DNA of 60,371 bases from Polyangiaceae bacterium (GTDB lineage: Bacteria; Myxococcota_A; Polyangia; Polyangiales; Polyangiaceae). The notes beneath the pieces are model-generated. The model worked only from the letters and a program-made list of their open reading frames with translations, did not search any database and was not told the origin of the DNA. The DNA lies in NCBI GenBank assembly GCA_050287085.1, contig JBNKBE010000030.1, forward strand, positions 1 to 60,371. The letters run 5' to 3'. Made by a program: the position numbers and the translations under genes. This document shows, piece by piece, positions 18,610-28,944 of this stretch. Each line of letters opens with the position of its first letter. Positions within the stretch are counted from its first letter, which is position 1.

Positions 18610-21600
18610 GCGGCGAGGAGACCGTTCCAACGCTGACCACGGCGGAACACCTTCGCCGCAACCTCAGCCGGATCGTCGTGATTGGGACTTTGCTCGGCGT
18701 CATGCTCTTCGTGCGAACGCTCGACCACGTAGACGAAAGCGCAGCGACTCTCGCCACGATCGGATTTGTGGTGTTGGCCGCGTTCGCCGCGGCGGAATTG
18801 GGGCAGCGCTTCGCATTGCCCCAAGTGACGGGTTACATCGTTGCGGGTATCGCACTCGGACCGTCTCTCAGCGGCATTATCAGCGGTGGGGTGGTGCGCG
18901 ACATGCGCATGTTCAACACCTTGGCTCTGGGACTGATTGCGACCAGCGCCGGGCTGGAGCTGGACCTGCGGCAGATTGGGCGGCTGAAGAAGACGCTCTC
19001 TGCCACCATTCTGGTCAAAGGCACCGTCGGCGTGGCGCTCGTTGGCGCTACATTTCTAGCGGTTCAGGCGTTTTTTCATCCGCTCCAGCTTGCGCCAGGC
19101 GCTTCCACCCAAGCGGTTGCCCTGGTGCTAGGCGTTCTCTCGATCGGAACCTCGCCGGCGATAGTGCTGGCGGTGCTCAACGAAACGCGCAGCAAGGGAC
19201 GTCTATCGGATCTGGTCTTGGGGGCCGCCATTTTCAAGGACCTGGTGGTGGTGGTCGCGCTGGCGGTGGCCATTGCTGTTTGCCGCGTGTTGCTGGCGCC
19301 AGCACAGGATTTGGACGCGGGGGTATTGGTTCACGTTGGGCAGGAGCTCTTCGGATCCTTGATGGCCGGCGCTGCAGTTGGGGGCGTACTGATCTTGTAC
19401 ATCCGCTTCGTGCATGCGGAGATGCTGCTTTTTGTCTCGGCCATGGTGCTGGTGGTTGCGGAGCTCTGCCGCGTCATGCACCTCGAGCTGCTTCTGGTGT
19501 TCATTACCTCCGGCTTTGTGGTGCGCAATTTTTCGCGCTACGAACACGACCTGCTGCGCCCCCTCGAACTGGTCGCTTTGCCCGTCTTCGTCGTCTTCTT
19601 CACCAATGCCGGGGCCAGCATTGACCTGCGCACCACTGTCGCCATCTTGCCGCTTGCGCTGGCCATCTGCGGTGCGAGGGCGCTTGGCTATTGGGTCGCC
19701 GCCCGAGTTGGCGGCGCGGTAGGACGCGAGAATGCGCTCGTGCGGGGACAAGCGTGGCAAGCCTACTTGCCTCAGGCGGGCGTCACCTTGGGGCTTGTGG
19801 GTTTGGCCGCGCAGCAGCTGCCGGAGCTCGCTCAACCCATCTCGAGTACCGGCATGGCGGTGGTGGCGATCAATCTGCTTGCGGGGCCCATTGCTTTGCG
19901 CCGTAGTCTGGCTAAAGCTGGCGAAATCGAGGGCGGCAAGGCTGCTGCCAGTCCCGCGCTGGTGGCGACCACGACGTTGCCCGTGCACACAGACGAAACG
20001 CCCGCCGCTCGCGCGACGCCGCTGCCGAAAGCCCTCGAAGAGCAGGTTGCGGCCGTCCGTGCTGCAGTGGCTGACGTTGTTCTCGCCTTCGACCGTGACC
20101 TTGCGCCTCGGCTGCCGTCCCTGCCGGAGCGCGACGCCGCGGTGGAGGACGACGATTTCGCGCATATGGTGACCGGGCATCGCACCGCGTGTCAGCATCT
20201 CTTTGAGCAACTGGCTGCGGTTCTCGGGCAGCTTCCGCGCGCAATGGCGGTGCGCGTGGGGGACGGGCGGAGCTCGACACAACGCAATATTCCGATTCGT
20301 CGCATTGCCCGCATCACTCTCGAGCCCGCGTTTGCGGCCACGGTTGCGGAGCGCTTCCAACGTGGACTTCGTTCTCGGGTAACGACGTCGCCGAGCCAGC
20401 CCGCAGAGAGCTCGCTTGTTGACCACGGTATCGAGGCAGCGTTTGTCCGATTTGCGGCGCTGCTCGATGCGACCACTCAGGGCAAGCGCTCCACGCGTAC
20501 GCTTCGCTATTCCGAGGTGCATGGGCTCGTCGAGAGTACGCTCGCCGGATTGATGGGCACGACCGAAGAACGGCTCATTCGCTTCACCGCAGCGGCGTGG
20601 GGCAGCACGGTGGTGGAGGCCCGCGTTCAGGCGACCGTGGGGGAGGCAGAAGCTATCTACGCGGAGCTGGTAGAGGGGCCCGCGAACGCCGCACTTGCAG
20701 CGCTAGGGCCCGCGATGGGCAACGTCGCGCGGGCGTTGAGCAGCACTCCGCTCGGGGACGGCTTCCGAAATGGACTGGACCAGGAGCCCGGGCAGCCGCC
20801 GTCTGCCCGCTTGCGCGGCTGGCGCGGCGCTTTCGAGCGTGTCGTCAAACGGGAGCTCGGGGAGCTAGCGCGCCAGTATCGGGCCACAACGACGCTCAGG
20901 CAAGCCGGCGCGCGCCTCCGCAAGTGTATTGCGGCGCTCGAAACGTCCCTCGAGCGACTGGAATTAGGTGAACATCAGGGCCTGCAAGACGCTCGCGTGC
21001 GCGAGGTGCCGATCCGGCACCTGGGTGAGGCCTACGCCAAGCGTATCCTTCCGGCTCTGGATGAAGCCGTCCGAACCATATCAAACGCCCTGGCACGGGT
21101 GCCTGGACGCGTTCAAGAGGCGCTCGAACCCGAGTGGTTCGTCCTGGAGGCGCATGCCGATCAGGTGGACGTTCTACCCTTCGAGACCCTGGCCAAAGAG
21201 CATCTCGATCGCGCCCAGAACCGGATAGCGCTGGCTCATCGCGCTACGGAGCGAACGATCAAAGGGGCCCTCGAGGCGCTTTCCAAGGTCTTGCAGCAGG
21301 CCCAAGAACAGTTTCAGGACGGCAGCCGGCTGTCGAGCGATGTTTCGGTTGGGGCGCCAGACGGCTTGGGTCAAGCCTTGCGGCGAGCTGTACAGGGGGG
21401 CGCGCGGCTGATTGAGCGCTTGCGCAGGGAGCTGGTGGAGCGTGCGGCTCCGGATGATGCGGCGGCCATCCGGGCACGGGTTACGCCGGCGCAGGCTCTT
21501 TCGCAGGTGCTCAAGCGGTGGTTCAGCGAGGCGCCTGTGCACGACGAGCGCATATTCGCGGGACGTACTCGTGAGCTCGAACAGGTATTGGATGCCGAGG

Positions 21601-22535
21601 CAGCTTGGGCGGCGGGGGCCCCCGTGAGCGTTCTGCTTACGGGGCCTTGGGGTGTGGGCAAGTCGTCGCTGCTCAATATGTGCGAGCTCGAGGCGCGCAA
21701 CGCCAATCTAATTCGGATCAACGCGACCGAGTTCACGCTGGGCACGCGCCTGACGACCGCGCTCTGCGGGCAGCTGGAATGTCCGGTGGGCGATGCACCT
21801 CTGCGACGACACCTAGCGGCTCAACGTCCTACCGTCTTTGTCGATGATCTCGGTGCCTGGCTCAGTCACTGTTTCGAGCGTCATGAGGAGCTTCGCAGTC
21901 TGCTCCAACTGATCGCAGAGTCCCGCCGCGACGCCCTGTGGATCGTGTCGATCGACGCCTCATTCTTGCGTTTGCTCAATGAGCTGGAGCCGGTTGAAGA
22001 AGCGTTTTCTCACGTCATCCGCCTCGGCGCCATGACGGCCTCAGAGGTGCGCGGCTTGGTGGAAGCTCGGGTGCGCCGCGCGGGGCTCGTGCTGCACCAC
22101 GAAGCCGACGGGTGGAGTGGCTTCTTGGACACGATCGGCCTACGTGCTTCAGGTGATCGTTTCTATCGGATCTTGACTCAGAGGGCCGAAGGGCTGCCGG
22201 GGCTTGCACTTCACTGGTTCTCGCATACGGTCGAAGTCGCGGAAAAGGGGGTACACGCAAGCCCAAAGACCTTGGCTCAGCTACCGTCGCTCACGATCGA
22301 AGGACTGAGCGAGAGTCATCTCGCGTTGCTTGTAACCCTGGTGCGCTATGGGGCGAGCTCCCTTTCGGGCTTGGCTGACGAGCTCTTGCTCACCCCCGAT
22401 CGGGTTCGCCGTCACCTGGCCTTCCTGCTCGCCGCCGGACTGGTTGAACTCGACACCAGCGGCGGACGCTACGGTATTCCTGCGGCGGCTCAGTGGAGTG
22501 TATTTCAAACCTTGCGCAGCAGTCGGCTCCTGTAG
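18606..22535 (+). CDS. Cation:proton antiporter fused to a helical region, a P-loop AAA-type ATPase and a winged HTH
   Basis: LPQVTGYIVAGIALGP, AGLEL, GTSPA, FFTNAGASI and PQAGVTLG (Na+/H+ exchanger); FAGRTREL, Walker A GPWGVGKS, Walker B VFVDD; C-terminal LADELLL..VRRHLAFL..AGLV. Confidence 0.8.
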   Translation: MSGEETVPTLTTAEHLRRNLSRIVVIGTLLGVMLFVRTLDHVDESAATLATIGFVVLAAFAAAELGQRFALPQVTGYIVAGIALGPSLSGIISGGVVRDMRMFNTLALGLIATSAGLELDLRQIGRLKKTLSATILVKGTVGVALVGATFLAVQAFFHPLQLAPGASTQAVALVLGVLSIGTSPAIVLAVLNETRSKGRLSDLVLGAAIFKDLVVVVALAVAIAVCRVLLAPAQDLDAGVLVHVGQELFGSLMAGAAVGGVLILYIRFVHAEMLLFVSAMVLVVAELCRVMHLELLLVFITSGFVVRNFSRYEHDLLRPLELVALPVFVVFFTNAGASIDLRTTVAILPLALAICGARALGYWVAARVGGAVGRENALVRGQAWQAYLPQAGVTLGLVGLAAQQLPELAQPISSTGMAVVAINLLAGPIALRRSLAKAGEIEGGKAAASPALVATTTLPVHTDETPAARATPLPKALEEQVAAVRAAVADVVLAFDRDLAPRLPSLPERDAAVEDDDFAHMVTGHRTACQHLFEQLAAVLGQLPRAMAVRVGDGRSSTQRNIPIRRIARITLEPAFAATVAERFQRGLRSRVTTSPSQPAESSLVDHGIEAAFVRFAALLDATTQGKRSTRTLRYSEVHGLVESTLAGLMGTTEERLIRFTAAAWGSTVVEARVQATVGEAEAIYAELVEGPANAALAALGPAMGNVARALSSTPLGDGFRNGLDQEPGQPPSARLRGWRGAFERVVKRELGELARQYRATTTLRQAGARLRKCIAALETSLERLELGEHQGLQDARVREVPIRHLGEAYAKRILPALDEAVRTISNALARVPGRVQEALEPEWFVLEAHADQVDVLPFETLAKEHLDRAQNRIALAHRATERTIKGALEALSKVLQQAQEQFQDGSRLSSDVSVGAPDGLGQALRRAVQGGARLIERLRRELVERAAPDDAAAIRARVTPAQALSQVLKRWFSEAPVHDERIFAGRTRELEQVLDAEAAWAAGAPVSVLLTGPWGVGKSSLLNMCELEARNANLIRINATEFTLGTRLTTALCGQLECPVGDAPLRRHLAAQRPTVFVDDLGAWLSHCFERHEELRSLLQLIAESRRDALWIVSIDASFLRLLNELEPVEEAFSHVIRLGAMTASEVRGLVEARVRRAGLVLHHEADGWSGFLDTIGLRASGDRFYRILTQRAEGLPGLALHWFSHTVEVAEKGVHASPKTLAQLPSLTIEGLSESHLALLVTLVRYGASSLSGLADELLLTPDRVRRHLAFLLAAGLVELDTSGGRYGIPAAAQWSVFQTLRSSRLL

Positions 22536-22546
22536 GGAATTCTCAG

Positions 22547-23101
22547 ATGCCTTGGGGACACCTTGAAAGCAGTGTGATAGCGGCGGTGACGGCGCTGGCG
22601 GTTTGGGCCGTCGGATCGCTGGCGAGTGCCGCGTTATTGTGGCTCAGGTTGCGCACGCTGCGTGCCGCAGATCAGGTGACAATTAGCAGATTTACAGGGC
22701 GCCTCGTCAGAATTGGCCCATTTCGCGTTGAGCTAGAGCAGTCGGGCGGCGGGCGCGTCTTGTTGCCCAATGTCGTCGCGCTCTTTTTTCCAATTGTGAT
22801 GCAGCGGCAGAATGAAGCGGCCCAGGTTGCGCTGCGCCTGGACCTGCCACCCTCGCTGAAGCTTGCCCCGGAGCGGATGCGCACACTACGCAAGGCCGTA
22901 CATGCGGCGGCGGTTCTGGCGCCCTATCGCGACGGGCGCTCGCCGGTGGAAACGATAGCGCATCGCGACCACTTTGAGGTGCAGCTCGCCCTGACGAGGC
23001 TCAGCAGTCAGGATGAGATGCAGCACTACCTGCGTGGACACCTGGAGGCTGCGTTGGAACGACGCGGAAGTTCCCCGAGCTCCTCTTCGCACGCGCCTTG
23101 A
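22547..23101 (+). CDS. Short MscS-like (mechanosensitive channel beta-domain) protein
   Basis: One TM, then DQVTISRFTGRLVRIGPFRVELEQSGGGRVLLPN, similar to the MscS middle domain. Confidence 0.55.
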   Translation: MPWGHLESSVIAAVTALAVWAVGSLASAALLWLRLRTLRAADQVTISRFTGRLVRIGPFRVELEQSGGGRVLLPNVVALFFPIVMQRQNEAAQVALRLDLPPSLKLAPERMRTLRKAVHAAAVLAPYRDGRSPVETIAHRDHFEVQLALTRLSSQDEMQHYLRGHLEAALERRGSSPSSSSHAP

Positions 23102-23547
23102 GACGACGTCTCGGCTTCAGTCGCGCGCGCGCGGCTGGGCGGTGCAAGCGCACCTTCTCGGGGCCACGCGAGGGCATGGGGTTGGCTGTTCGGCGGGTCT
23201 AGTGCTTTCTGGTGAGGGCAGAAAGCGTGGTCTCAGCCGCATCTAGCGGCCTTTGGGTGGGGTTTGCTCGTCAGCTGGAAAGCAACTGCGCAAGATCTAC
23301 GCATTTGGGGCGGACTGGGGCGGAGGCTGAGCACGGGGCTGATCAGAGTTGATACGTCCGTTGTTCTGGTGGGTTTAGCGTTTTCGCTCTCAGAGCAACC
23401 TTTGAGCAGGTGGGAGGGCGTGAGAGGTGGTCGCTTGCAGCGGATAGTGTCCGACCCTTCTACGCGACCTTCCTGTTGGACGTGAGCGCTGCGTGATACT
23501 TCTTCTACCCCTTGCGGGGAGTCCAACAGAGGAAGGATACGAGGAAA

Positions 23548-23952
23548 ATGTCACTAGACGCAGCATTAGCCAGAGCCCAGAGTTCCGTACCCGAATGTGT
23601 AGCGGTGGGTCACGTAGATATGAGCACGGGTATGCTCCTCGGAGTAAAGACCGTAGACTCCCATCCCCAGGAAGTGCTCGACCTTGTTGCCGCGGCAACG
23701 GCGGACCTATTCCAAGGTCAGAACGTCGTGGCTATTGAGAAGCTGTTTCGCCGCTCACGCGGTCAGCAGGAAGATGGTCGTCACTACTTTCAGGAGATCG
23801 TTGTGTTCAGTGACAACCTGCTGCACGTCTTTGTCCGGTCCAAGAAGTATAGTAGTCAGGCTTCGGTGTTTATCTGCCGCCGTACGGCAAACATCGGCAT
23901 GGTCTTGACGAAGAGCCGGAGCTCCATGCCAGACATCGAGGGCGCCCTCTAA
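23548..23952 (+). CDS. Conserved hypothetical protein, Roadblock/LC7-like
   Basis: VPECVAVGHVDMSTGMLL..LVAAATADLF..FQEIVVFSDNLLHVF..ANIGMVL; GAGGAA RBS. Confidence 0.65.
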   Translation: MSLDAALARAQSSVPECVAVGHVDMSTGMLLGVKTVDSHPQEVLDLVAAATADLFQGQNVVAIEKLFRRSRGQQEDGRHYFQEIVVFSDNLLHVFVRSKKYSSQASVFICRRTANIGMVLTKSRSSMPDIEGAL

Positions 23953-24078
23953 AGCCGCCACAGGGAAGCGTAGCGCAGCGTTGGGCTCCGGTATGCTTCT
24001 CTCAACTTGGGCGGCGGCGTTTCATGCCCATTTGGAGCCCGCCGGGCTCCTGCCCCGAAGCACCGCGACGCGGGGCGG

Positions 24079-25482
24079 CTATTGCACTTTTAGGTGTGCG
24101 GCAGCCAGCGCCAAGAACTTTTGGCGTGCTGCCGCATGATCAACTACCGGACGGGGGTAGATGTCGTCCCTAGGCCGTTCACCAGGGGGTGCAAGCCAAG
24201 GTGTGTGCACGTGTTGGCTGGACATGCCAGCCAGTTCCGGCAAGTAGCGTTTGATGTAGGTGCCCTTCGGATCGAACTTGCGGCTGTTCGTTACCGGATT
24301 GAAGATACGAAAATAGGGCTGTGGGTCACTGCCGCAGCCCGCGGACCATTGCCAGCCAAAGTTGTTCTGAGCGAGATCTGCATCGACGAGCCAGGTCATG
24401 AAGTGCTCTTCGCCGAGCTTGTAGGGCTGTAGCAGATGCTTCGTCAGAAAGCTCGCACTGAGCATTCGCGCTCGATTGTGCATGTAGCCCTCTGTCATCA
24501 GCTGCCGTGCAGCCGCATCGATAATGGGATAGCCAGTTTTTCCGTATTTCCAGGCATCTAACCATACCGGATGGCTCTGGTATGGAAAGCCCTCGAAGCG
24601 GGGTTGAAACGGCGAGTGAAGCAGCTCTGGGTAGTGCCACAGCAAGTGGTGAGTGAAGTCTCGCCAAACGAGCTGACGCAGGAAAGCTCTTCCGCCCGGG
24701 GCATCTCCGGCGATACCAGCGGCCTGTGTGTACACGTCGTGGACCGCCAGGGTGCCGAAGTTCAAGTCGACTGAGAGATGGCTGGTCAGGGCTTGGTCCA
24801 GGCGGTCGCGGCTCGAGTGATAGTCGAAGATGGGGCCATCCAGAAATGTCCAGAGCCGCGCCTGGGCTTCGGATTCGCCGGCGGTGGGTAGGCGTGAGTT
24901 TCTGCTGATGCCCAACTGCTGCAGCGTGGGTATCGGCACTGATGGAAGTGGAGCGCCCAGCGCTTGCAGCGCCCGGGGAAGTGGGGGCGCTGCGTTTGCC
25001 GCTTCAGGGACTGCGCTCGTGATGGCCCGGTGAAATGGCGTGAAGACTCGATAGGGCGTGCCTTGCTGCGTCAGGACGGAGCCAGCGGGCGCTAGCGTCA
25101 TGTCGTCGAAGAGTCGGAGACGTTCGGCTAGCCGCGCCGCCAGTTTGTCTTGCAGTGTTCGTTCGCTTGGCTCGACGTAGCGCTGACAGAAAATGTGGTC
25201 AGCCCCGCTTGCTTCGATAAGACGGAGCAAGCGCTCCAGCGGATCGCCGCGCACGACCAGCATGGGGACACCGAGCTGGGCTAGGTGGTCTGCGAGCGCC
25301 GAGAGTGCACCGAGCAGATATTGGGTTCGATGGGGAGCTGCGGAGGCGACTTCTGGACTGAGGGTATTGTTGTCCAGCACGAAGAGGGGGAGCACTTGGC
25401 CGGCCGCGGCCGCGGCCGCCAGGGGAGCGTGGCAACGGACGCGAAGGTCCTTGCTGCGGTACCAAACGATTGTTCGTTTCAT
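24079..25482 (-). CDS. phrB: Deoxyribodipyrimidine (class I CPD) photolyase
   Basis: WYRSKDLR, TSHLS, WRDF, GKTGYPIIDAA, MHNRARM, DADLAQNNFGWQW, PYFRIFNP. Confidence 0.94.
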   Translation of the reverse strand: MKRTIVWYRSKDLRVRCHAPLAAAAAAGQVLPLFVLDNNTLSPEVASAAPHRTQYLLGALSALADHLAQLGVPMLVVRGDPLERLLRLIEASGADHIFCQRYVEPSERTLQDKLAARLAERLRLFDDMTLAPAGSVLTQQGTPYRVFTPFHRAITSAVPEAANAAPPLPRALQALGAPLPSVPIPTLQQLGISRNSRLPTAGESEAQARLWTFLDGPIFDYHSSRDRLDQALTSHLSVDLNFGTLAVHDVYTQAAGIAGDAPGGRAFLRQLVWRDFTHHLLWHYPELLHSPFQPRFEGFPYQSHPVWLDAWKYGKTGYPIIDAAARQLMTEGYMHNRARMLSASFLTKHLLQPYKLGEEHFMTWLVDADLAQNNFGWQWSAGCGSDPQPYFRIFNPVTNSRKFDPKGTYIKRYLPELAGMSSQHVHTPWLAPPGERPRDDIYPRPVVDHAAARQKFLALAAAHLKVQ

Positions 25483-25680
25483 GGGCCAAGTGGGAATTCG
25501 ACTTCGAAAGCACTCGAAGAGGACAGAAGCAGGTATTGTGGTGCACTCTGGTAGGGTGTCTAGAGCTGAAGTTATGCCGCTGGGTTCGGTCGTGAGATTG
25601 GATTCATGTCTTGAGGTTCCGGCGGTATGCGGTGCGTGTGCATGCCGTGGCGCTGGTGCATCATCCGAGGAGAGCGGCCC

Positions 25681-26358
25681 ATGAAGCCCTGGCTGGTGAT
25701 TGGAACGGAGCCAACACCCGACGGCGCGGCGCTCGTGCTGCGGCAGCGCGGAACGGACTTCATGCTGACGGTTGACGATCGCGTGCTGATGACGTCGGCA
25801 CAGGTGGGTTCGGAGCAAGCCCTTGCACGCTGGACCATCGAGCGGATGGGCGTTCGCCCCGAACCAGACGTTTTGATCGGCGGTCTTGGCTGTGGGTTCA
25901 CGCTGGCTGAGGCGCTACGGTGTTTGGAGACGGGCGCGCGGGTTGTTGTGTGCGAGCTGATCGGCGGCGTTGTGCAGTGGAATCGAGAGGCCTTGGGAAG
26001 TGTTGCTGGATATCCCCTGCGCGATCGGCGCGTGACGGTGCACGTGGGAGACGTTCGGGAGGTGCTGAGCCGAGGTCGCGGCTCATTTGACGCTGTGTTG
26101 CTCGACGTGGACAACGGTCCGGCGGCGTTTTCGCGGGCTGCCAACGCTTGGCTCTATGGGGCCGCGGGGCTCGAGGTGCTTTGGGCTGCTCTGCGGCAAG
26201 GGGGCGTGGCCTCCGTGTGGTCGCGTACGCGCGATGAGGCTTTCACGCGACGTCTGCGCCGAATGGGTTTTCACGTTGAGGTGAAACAAGCACGGGCCGG
26301 CGTGAACGGTCGCGCTGAGCGGCATTGGATCTGGCTAGCTCAGCGCCCGCATCGATAA
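25681..26358 (+). CDS. Spermidine synthase-like SAM-dependent methyltransferase-fold protein
   Basis: VLIGGLGCGFTL, FDAVLLDVDNGP, GGVASVWS. Confidence 0.85.
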   Translation: MKPWLVIGTEPTPDGAALVLRQRGTDFMLTVDDRVLMTSAQVGSEQALARWTIERMGVRPEPDVLIGGLGCGFTLAEALRCLETGARVVVCELIGGVVQWNREALGSVAGYPLRDRRVTVHVGDVREVLSRGRGSFDAVLLDVDNGPAAFSRAANAWLYGAAGLEVLWAALRQGGVASVWSRTRDEAFTRRLRRMGFHVEVKQARAGVNGRAERHWIWLAQRPHR

Positions 26359-26554
26359 CCGGAAGGCCGTGCCTCGGCCTCCGCGGAGCGCGGCTGTGTG
26401 CGCTGGGTGGATTTTAGCAGTGAGGTGCGGAGCCTCATGGGCGGCATGTGGCATGGGTACCTGCTGGCCTTGGGGATGCGGCGCGCGCCGTGTTATGGCC
26501 GGAAGGGAGCGGTTGAGGGCCTACGAAATGCCCGCCTTCGATCGCGAGTCGGCG

Positions 26555-27874
26555 ATGCGCTTCTTCTCTCAAGATCGAGCCCTGCAGGGCAATCCTATCC
26601 TCCGACCCGCGAAGGCTGGGCCATCGCGGTGCGGGCTGGTCTTTCGGTATGTTCTGGGCGGCGCGGCGGCGATGGTCGCCCTGAGCGCCTGTGGTACGGG
26701 ACGGAGCGAGGCGGGCTTGTCCGATGCGGGCGGAGCAACCGGGAGCGCGATGCCAACCGGAAGCGCGATGCCAACCGATGGCATGATGCCAACCGGCGAG
26801 GATGGGGGGCGCGACGCCATGGCGGGGGGCGACGCGCTCGTGGTCGACTCGGGGACAACACCACCAGAGCCATCGGGAGCTTCCGCTGACGCCGGTGCGG
26901 TAGTGCCGGCGCTTCCGGTGGCTGTCGTAGGCAACGAATTGCTGGTCGACGGAGAGCCCTTTCGCATCCGCGGCGTCAATTGGAATCCGGTGCCGCCGGG
27001 GGGCAATCATCCTTTCGATCTGGACTTTCCGGGCTACGCCGATCGGGACATTGCTTTGATGCGGGCGGCGGGTATCAACTGCGTGCGGACCTACGAGCCC
27101 CTGACTGATATCGGAGTTCTCGATAAGCTGCATGCAGCCGGTATCTATGTTTTCACCACCGTCTACGGCTGGTGGGAAGATCCGCCAAGCGTGGTGAGCG
27201 AGAGGGTGAGAGCTATCAACGGGCATCCGGCGGTGCTGGCGTACGTTGTTGGCAACGAGTGGAACTACAACTTCATTTACAGCCAGGGCGTTCGCGAGCC
27301 GCCTCTCACTTGGGAGCAGTCCGTCGCGCAGCTCAACGAGGCGGTGGCGTTGATAAAGCTCGCCGATCCGACCCGGCTCGTCACCACCATCTACGGTGAG
27401 GTATCCCCAGAGGGGCCCGACATTGCCGCTGCGGTCGCGGCCATGCCCGCTATCGATATTTGGGGGATCAACGCCTACCGCGGTGACGACCACACTTCGC
27501 TATTCGAGCAATATGCGGCTCTGAGCCACAAGCCCATGTACCTGGGTGAGTACGGCGCTGACGCTTGGGATGCTCGGGCGCCGCAGCAGCTCAATCCAGA
27601 GGCTCAGGCGGCGGCGACGACGGCCCTTACGCAGCAGCTCATGGCGGCCTATGTGCACAGCGGCACGGGGGTAGCCGTTGGTGGCTTCGTCTTTGAATGG
27701 GCTGATGAGTGGTGGAAAGCCGGCGATCCAGCCAGCCAGGACATCGGGGGGATCGCCCCTGGGCAGGGTCCGTATCCGGATGGCGCCTTCAATGAAGAGT
27801 ATTGGGGTCTAGTTGATATTGAACGCAATCCACGACCCGCGTACCAGGCACTGAAGGCTCTCTATGCGCCCTAG
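26555..27874 (+). CDS. Clan GH-A glycoside hydrolase lipoprotein (GH2/GH5-like TIM barrel)
   Basis: Lipobox ALSAC; VDGEPFRIRGVNW, GINCVRTY, acid/base GNEWN, nucleophile LGEYG, FEWADEWWK, NEEYWG. Start uncertain. Confidence 0.8.
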   Translation: MRFFSQDRALQGNPILRPAKAGPSRCGLVFRYVLGGAAAMVALSACGTGRSEAGLSDAGGATGSAMPTGSAMPTDGMMPTGEDGGRDAMAGGDALVVDSGTTPPEPSGASADAGAVVPALPVAVVGNELLVDGEPFRIRGVNWNPVPPGGNHPFDLDFPGYADRDIALMRAAGINCVRTYEPLTDIGVLDKLHAAGIYVFTTVYGWWEDPPSVVSERVRAINGHPAVLAYVVGNEWNYNFIYSQGVREPPLTWEQSVAQLNEAVALIKLADPTRLVTTIYGEVSPEGPDIAAAVAAMPAIDIWGINAYRGDDHTSLFEQYAALSHKPMYLGEYGADAWDARAPQQLNPEAQAAATTALTQQLMAAYVHSGTGVAVGGFVFEWADEWWKAGDPASQDIGGIAPGQGPYPDGAFNEEYWGLVDIERNPRPAYQALKALYAP

Positions 27875-27962
27875 GGCCCGCGGAGGGAAAGTCACGGTCG
27901 GCTAGAGGCGCCGTTTCTAGGGCCCGCGGAGGGAAAGTCACGGTCGGCTGGAGGCGCCGTTT
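27871..27962. repeat. 46-bp tandem duplication (2 copies, 1 mismatch)
   Basis: CTAGGGCCCGCGGAGGGAAAGTCACGGTCGGCT(A/G)GAGGCGCCGTTT at 27871-27916 and 27917-27962. Confidence 0.95.
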
Positions 27963-28305
27963 GGGTGCGCGATGAAGCGCAGAAGCTGACGCGCGTGCGG
28001 AGTGCTCCGTTGGAGTTTGGGGCGCCCGACTCTGTGTTGCAAGAGCTCGAGCGCGCCGAACCGCTGGATGTCTTGTGGAGGGGCTTACCCCCCGCCCGCA
28101 TCGACTTCATGAAGGGGGCGACCGCCTCCCGCGGCCCAACGCAGGTCAGCCAGTCAGCGCGTGTCCCACCGCTACTGCGCGAAGCGGGTCGGCGCTCGCT
28201 TGGGCCGGTCCTTGCTGTGCTTCACCCGGGCTGCTAGACGCCCCCTTGGCGTCCGAGAAGGCCACCCGCCGTACCTCGGTGGGATTCGACCGGCGCAAAC
28301 ACCCA

Positions 28306-28944
28306 ATGAAACTCGACTTGCTCCAAACAGTGTTCCGCGGCGGACTCTCCGAAGTGCGGGAGCTCTCCGCGCTGGGCAAGCGGCGGCTCTTCGCTCGGGT
28401 AGGCAGGACCCCGGCCCTAGTCCGGTGGCTAGCCTTGGTGGCGATCCTCGCCGGGGTCGGGGCGCGACTGGTCAGTGAGCGCCCGTCGTCGTCCAACATG
28501 GCGCTCGATGCCTTGGTTACGGCAAGCGGCAATTGCCATTGGCCTCCCGAGTACGAACACGAGCCAGTTGAGCCGCGACGGTTGACGGATGGCCGCAAGC
28601 AGCGCGCCTATGACGCGTGTACGACCGTGTCCGTGAAGCCGTGGTTTCGGTTTGACCTGCGGCGGACTGTGGTCGCGGAGAGAGTGGTGGTCTCCGGACG
28701 TCACGATTGCTGCTGGCTCCACAATACACTGCCGCTTGTTGCACTGGCTTCGGAAGACGGCAAGGACTTCAGACAAATCGCAGTGCGCACGGTGCCGTTT
28801 ACTCGCGACGAGCCTTGGGTGATCGAGCTATCGCCAAGCGAGACCTTCCGTTACTTGCGCCTGACGGTCGAAAGCGCGGCTGCCTCGGAGATCGTGCTCA
28901 GCGAGGTGGAGGTGTTTGGGCGCCCGCAGAGCGTCGCGCCTTGA
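28306..28944 (+). CDS. Membrane-anchored discoidin / F5-8 type C (galactose-binding-like) domain protein
   Basis: One TM, then LTDG, PWFRFDLRR, VSGRHDCC, SEDGKDF, RYLRL, LSEVEVFG. Confidence 0.75.
   Translation: MKLDLLQTVFRGGLSEVRELSALGKRRLFARVGRTPALVRWLALVAILAGVGARLVSERPSSSNMALDALVTASGNCHWPPEYEHEPVEPRRLTDGRKQRAYDACTTVSVKPWFRFDLRRTVVAERVVVSGRHDCCWLHNTLPLVALASEDGKDFRQIAVRTVPFTRDEPWVIELSPSETFRYLRLTVESAAASEIVLSEVEVFGRPQSVAP

Noticed and set aside
19203..20522. Long antisense or alternative-frame ORFs (also 9388-10638, 26435-27493, 45721-46719)
   Set aside because: Shadow ORFs expected in high-GC DNA. They overlap well-supported genes and show no recognisable motifs.
25681..26358. SAM-binding protein as part of SAM-AMP type III signalling
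   Set aside because: It lies 13 kb from the cas genes among housekeeping genes, and no CorA, NrN or SAM-lyase partner is present.
26735..26797. 18-bp repeats encoding TGSAMP in the GH gene
   Set aside because: Ordinary low-complexity lipoprotein linker.
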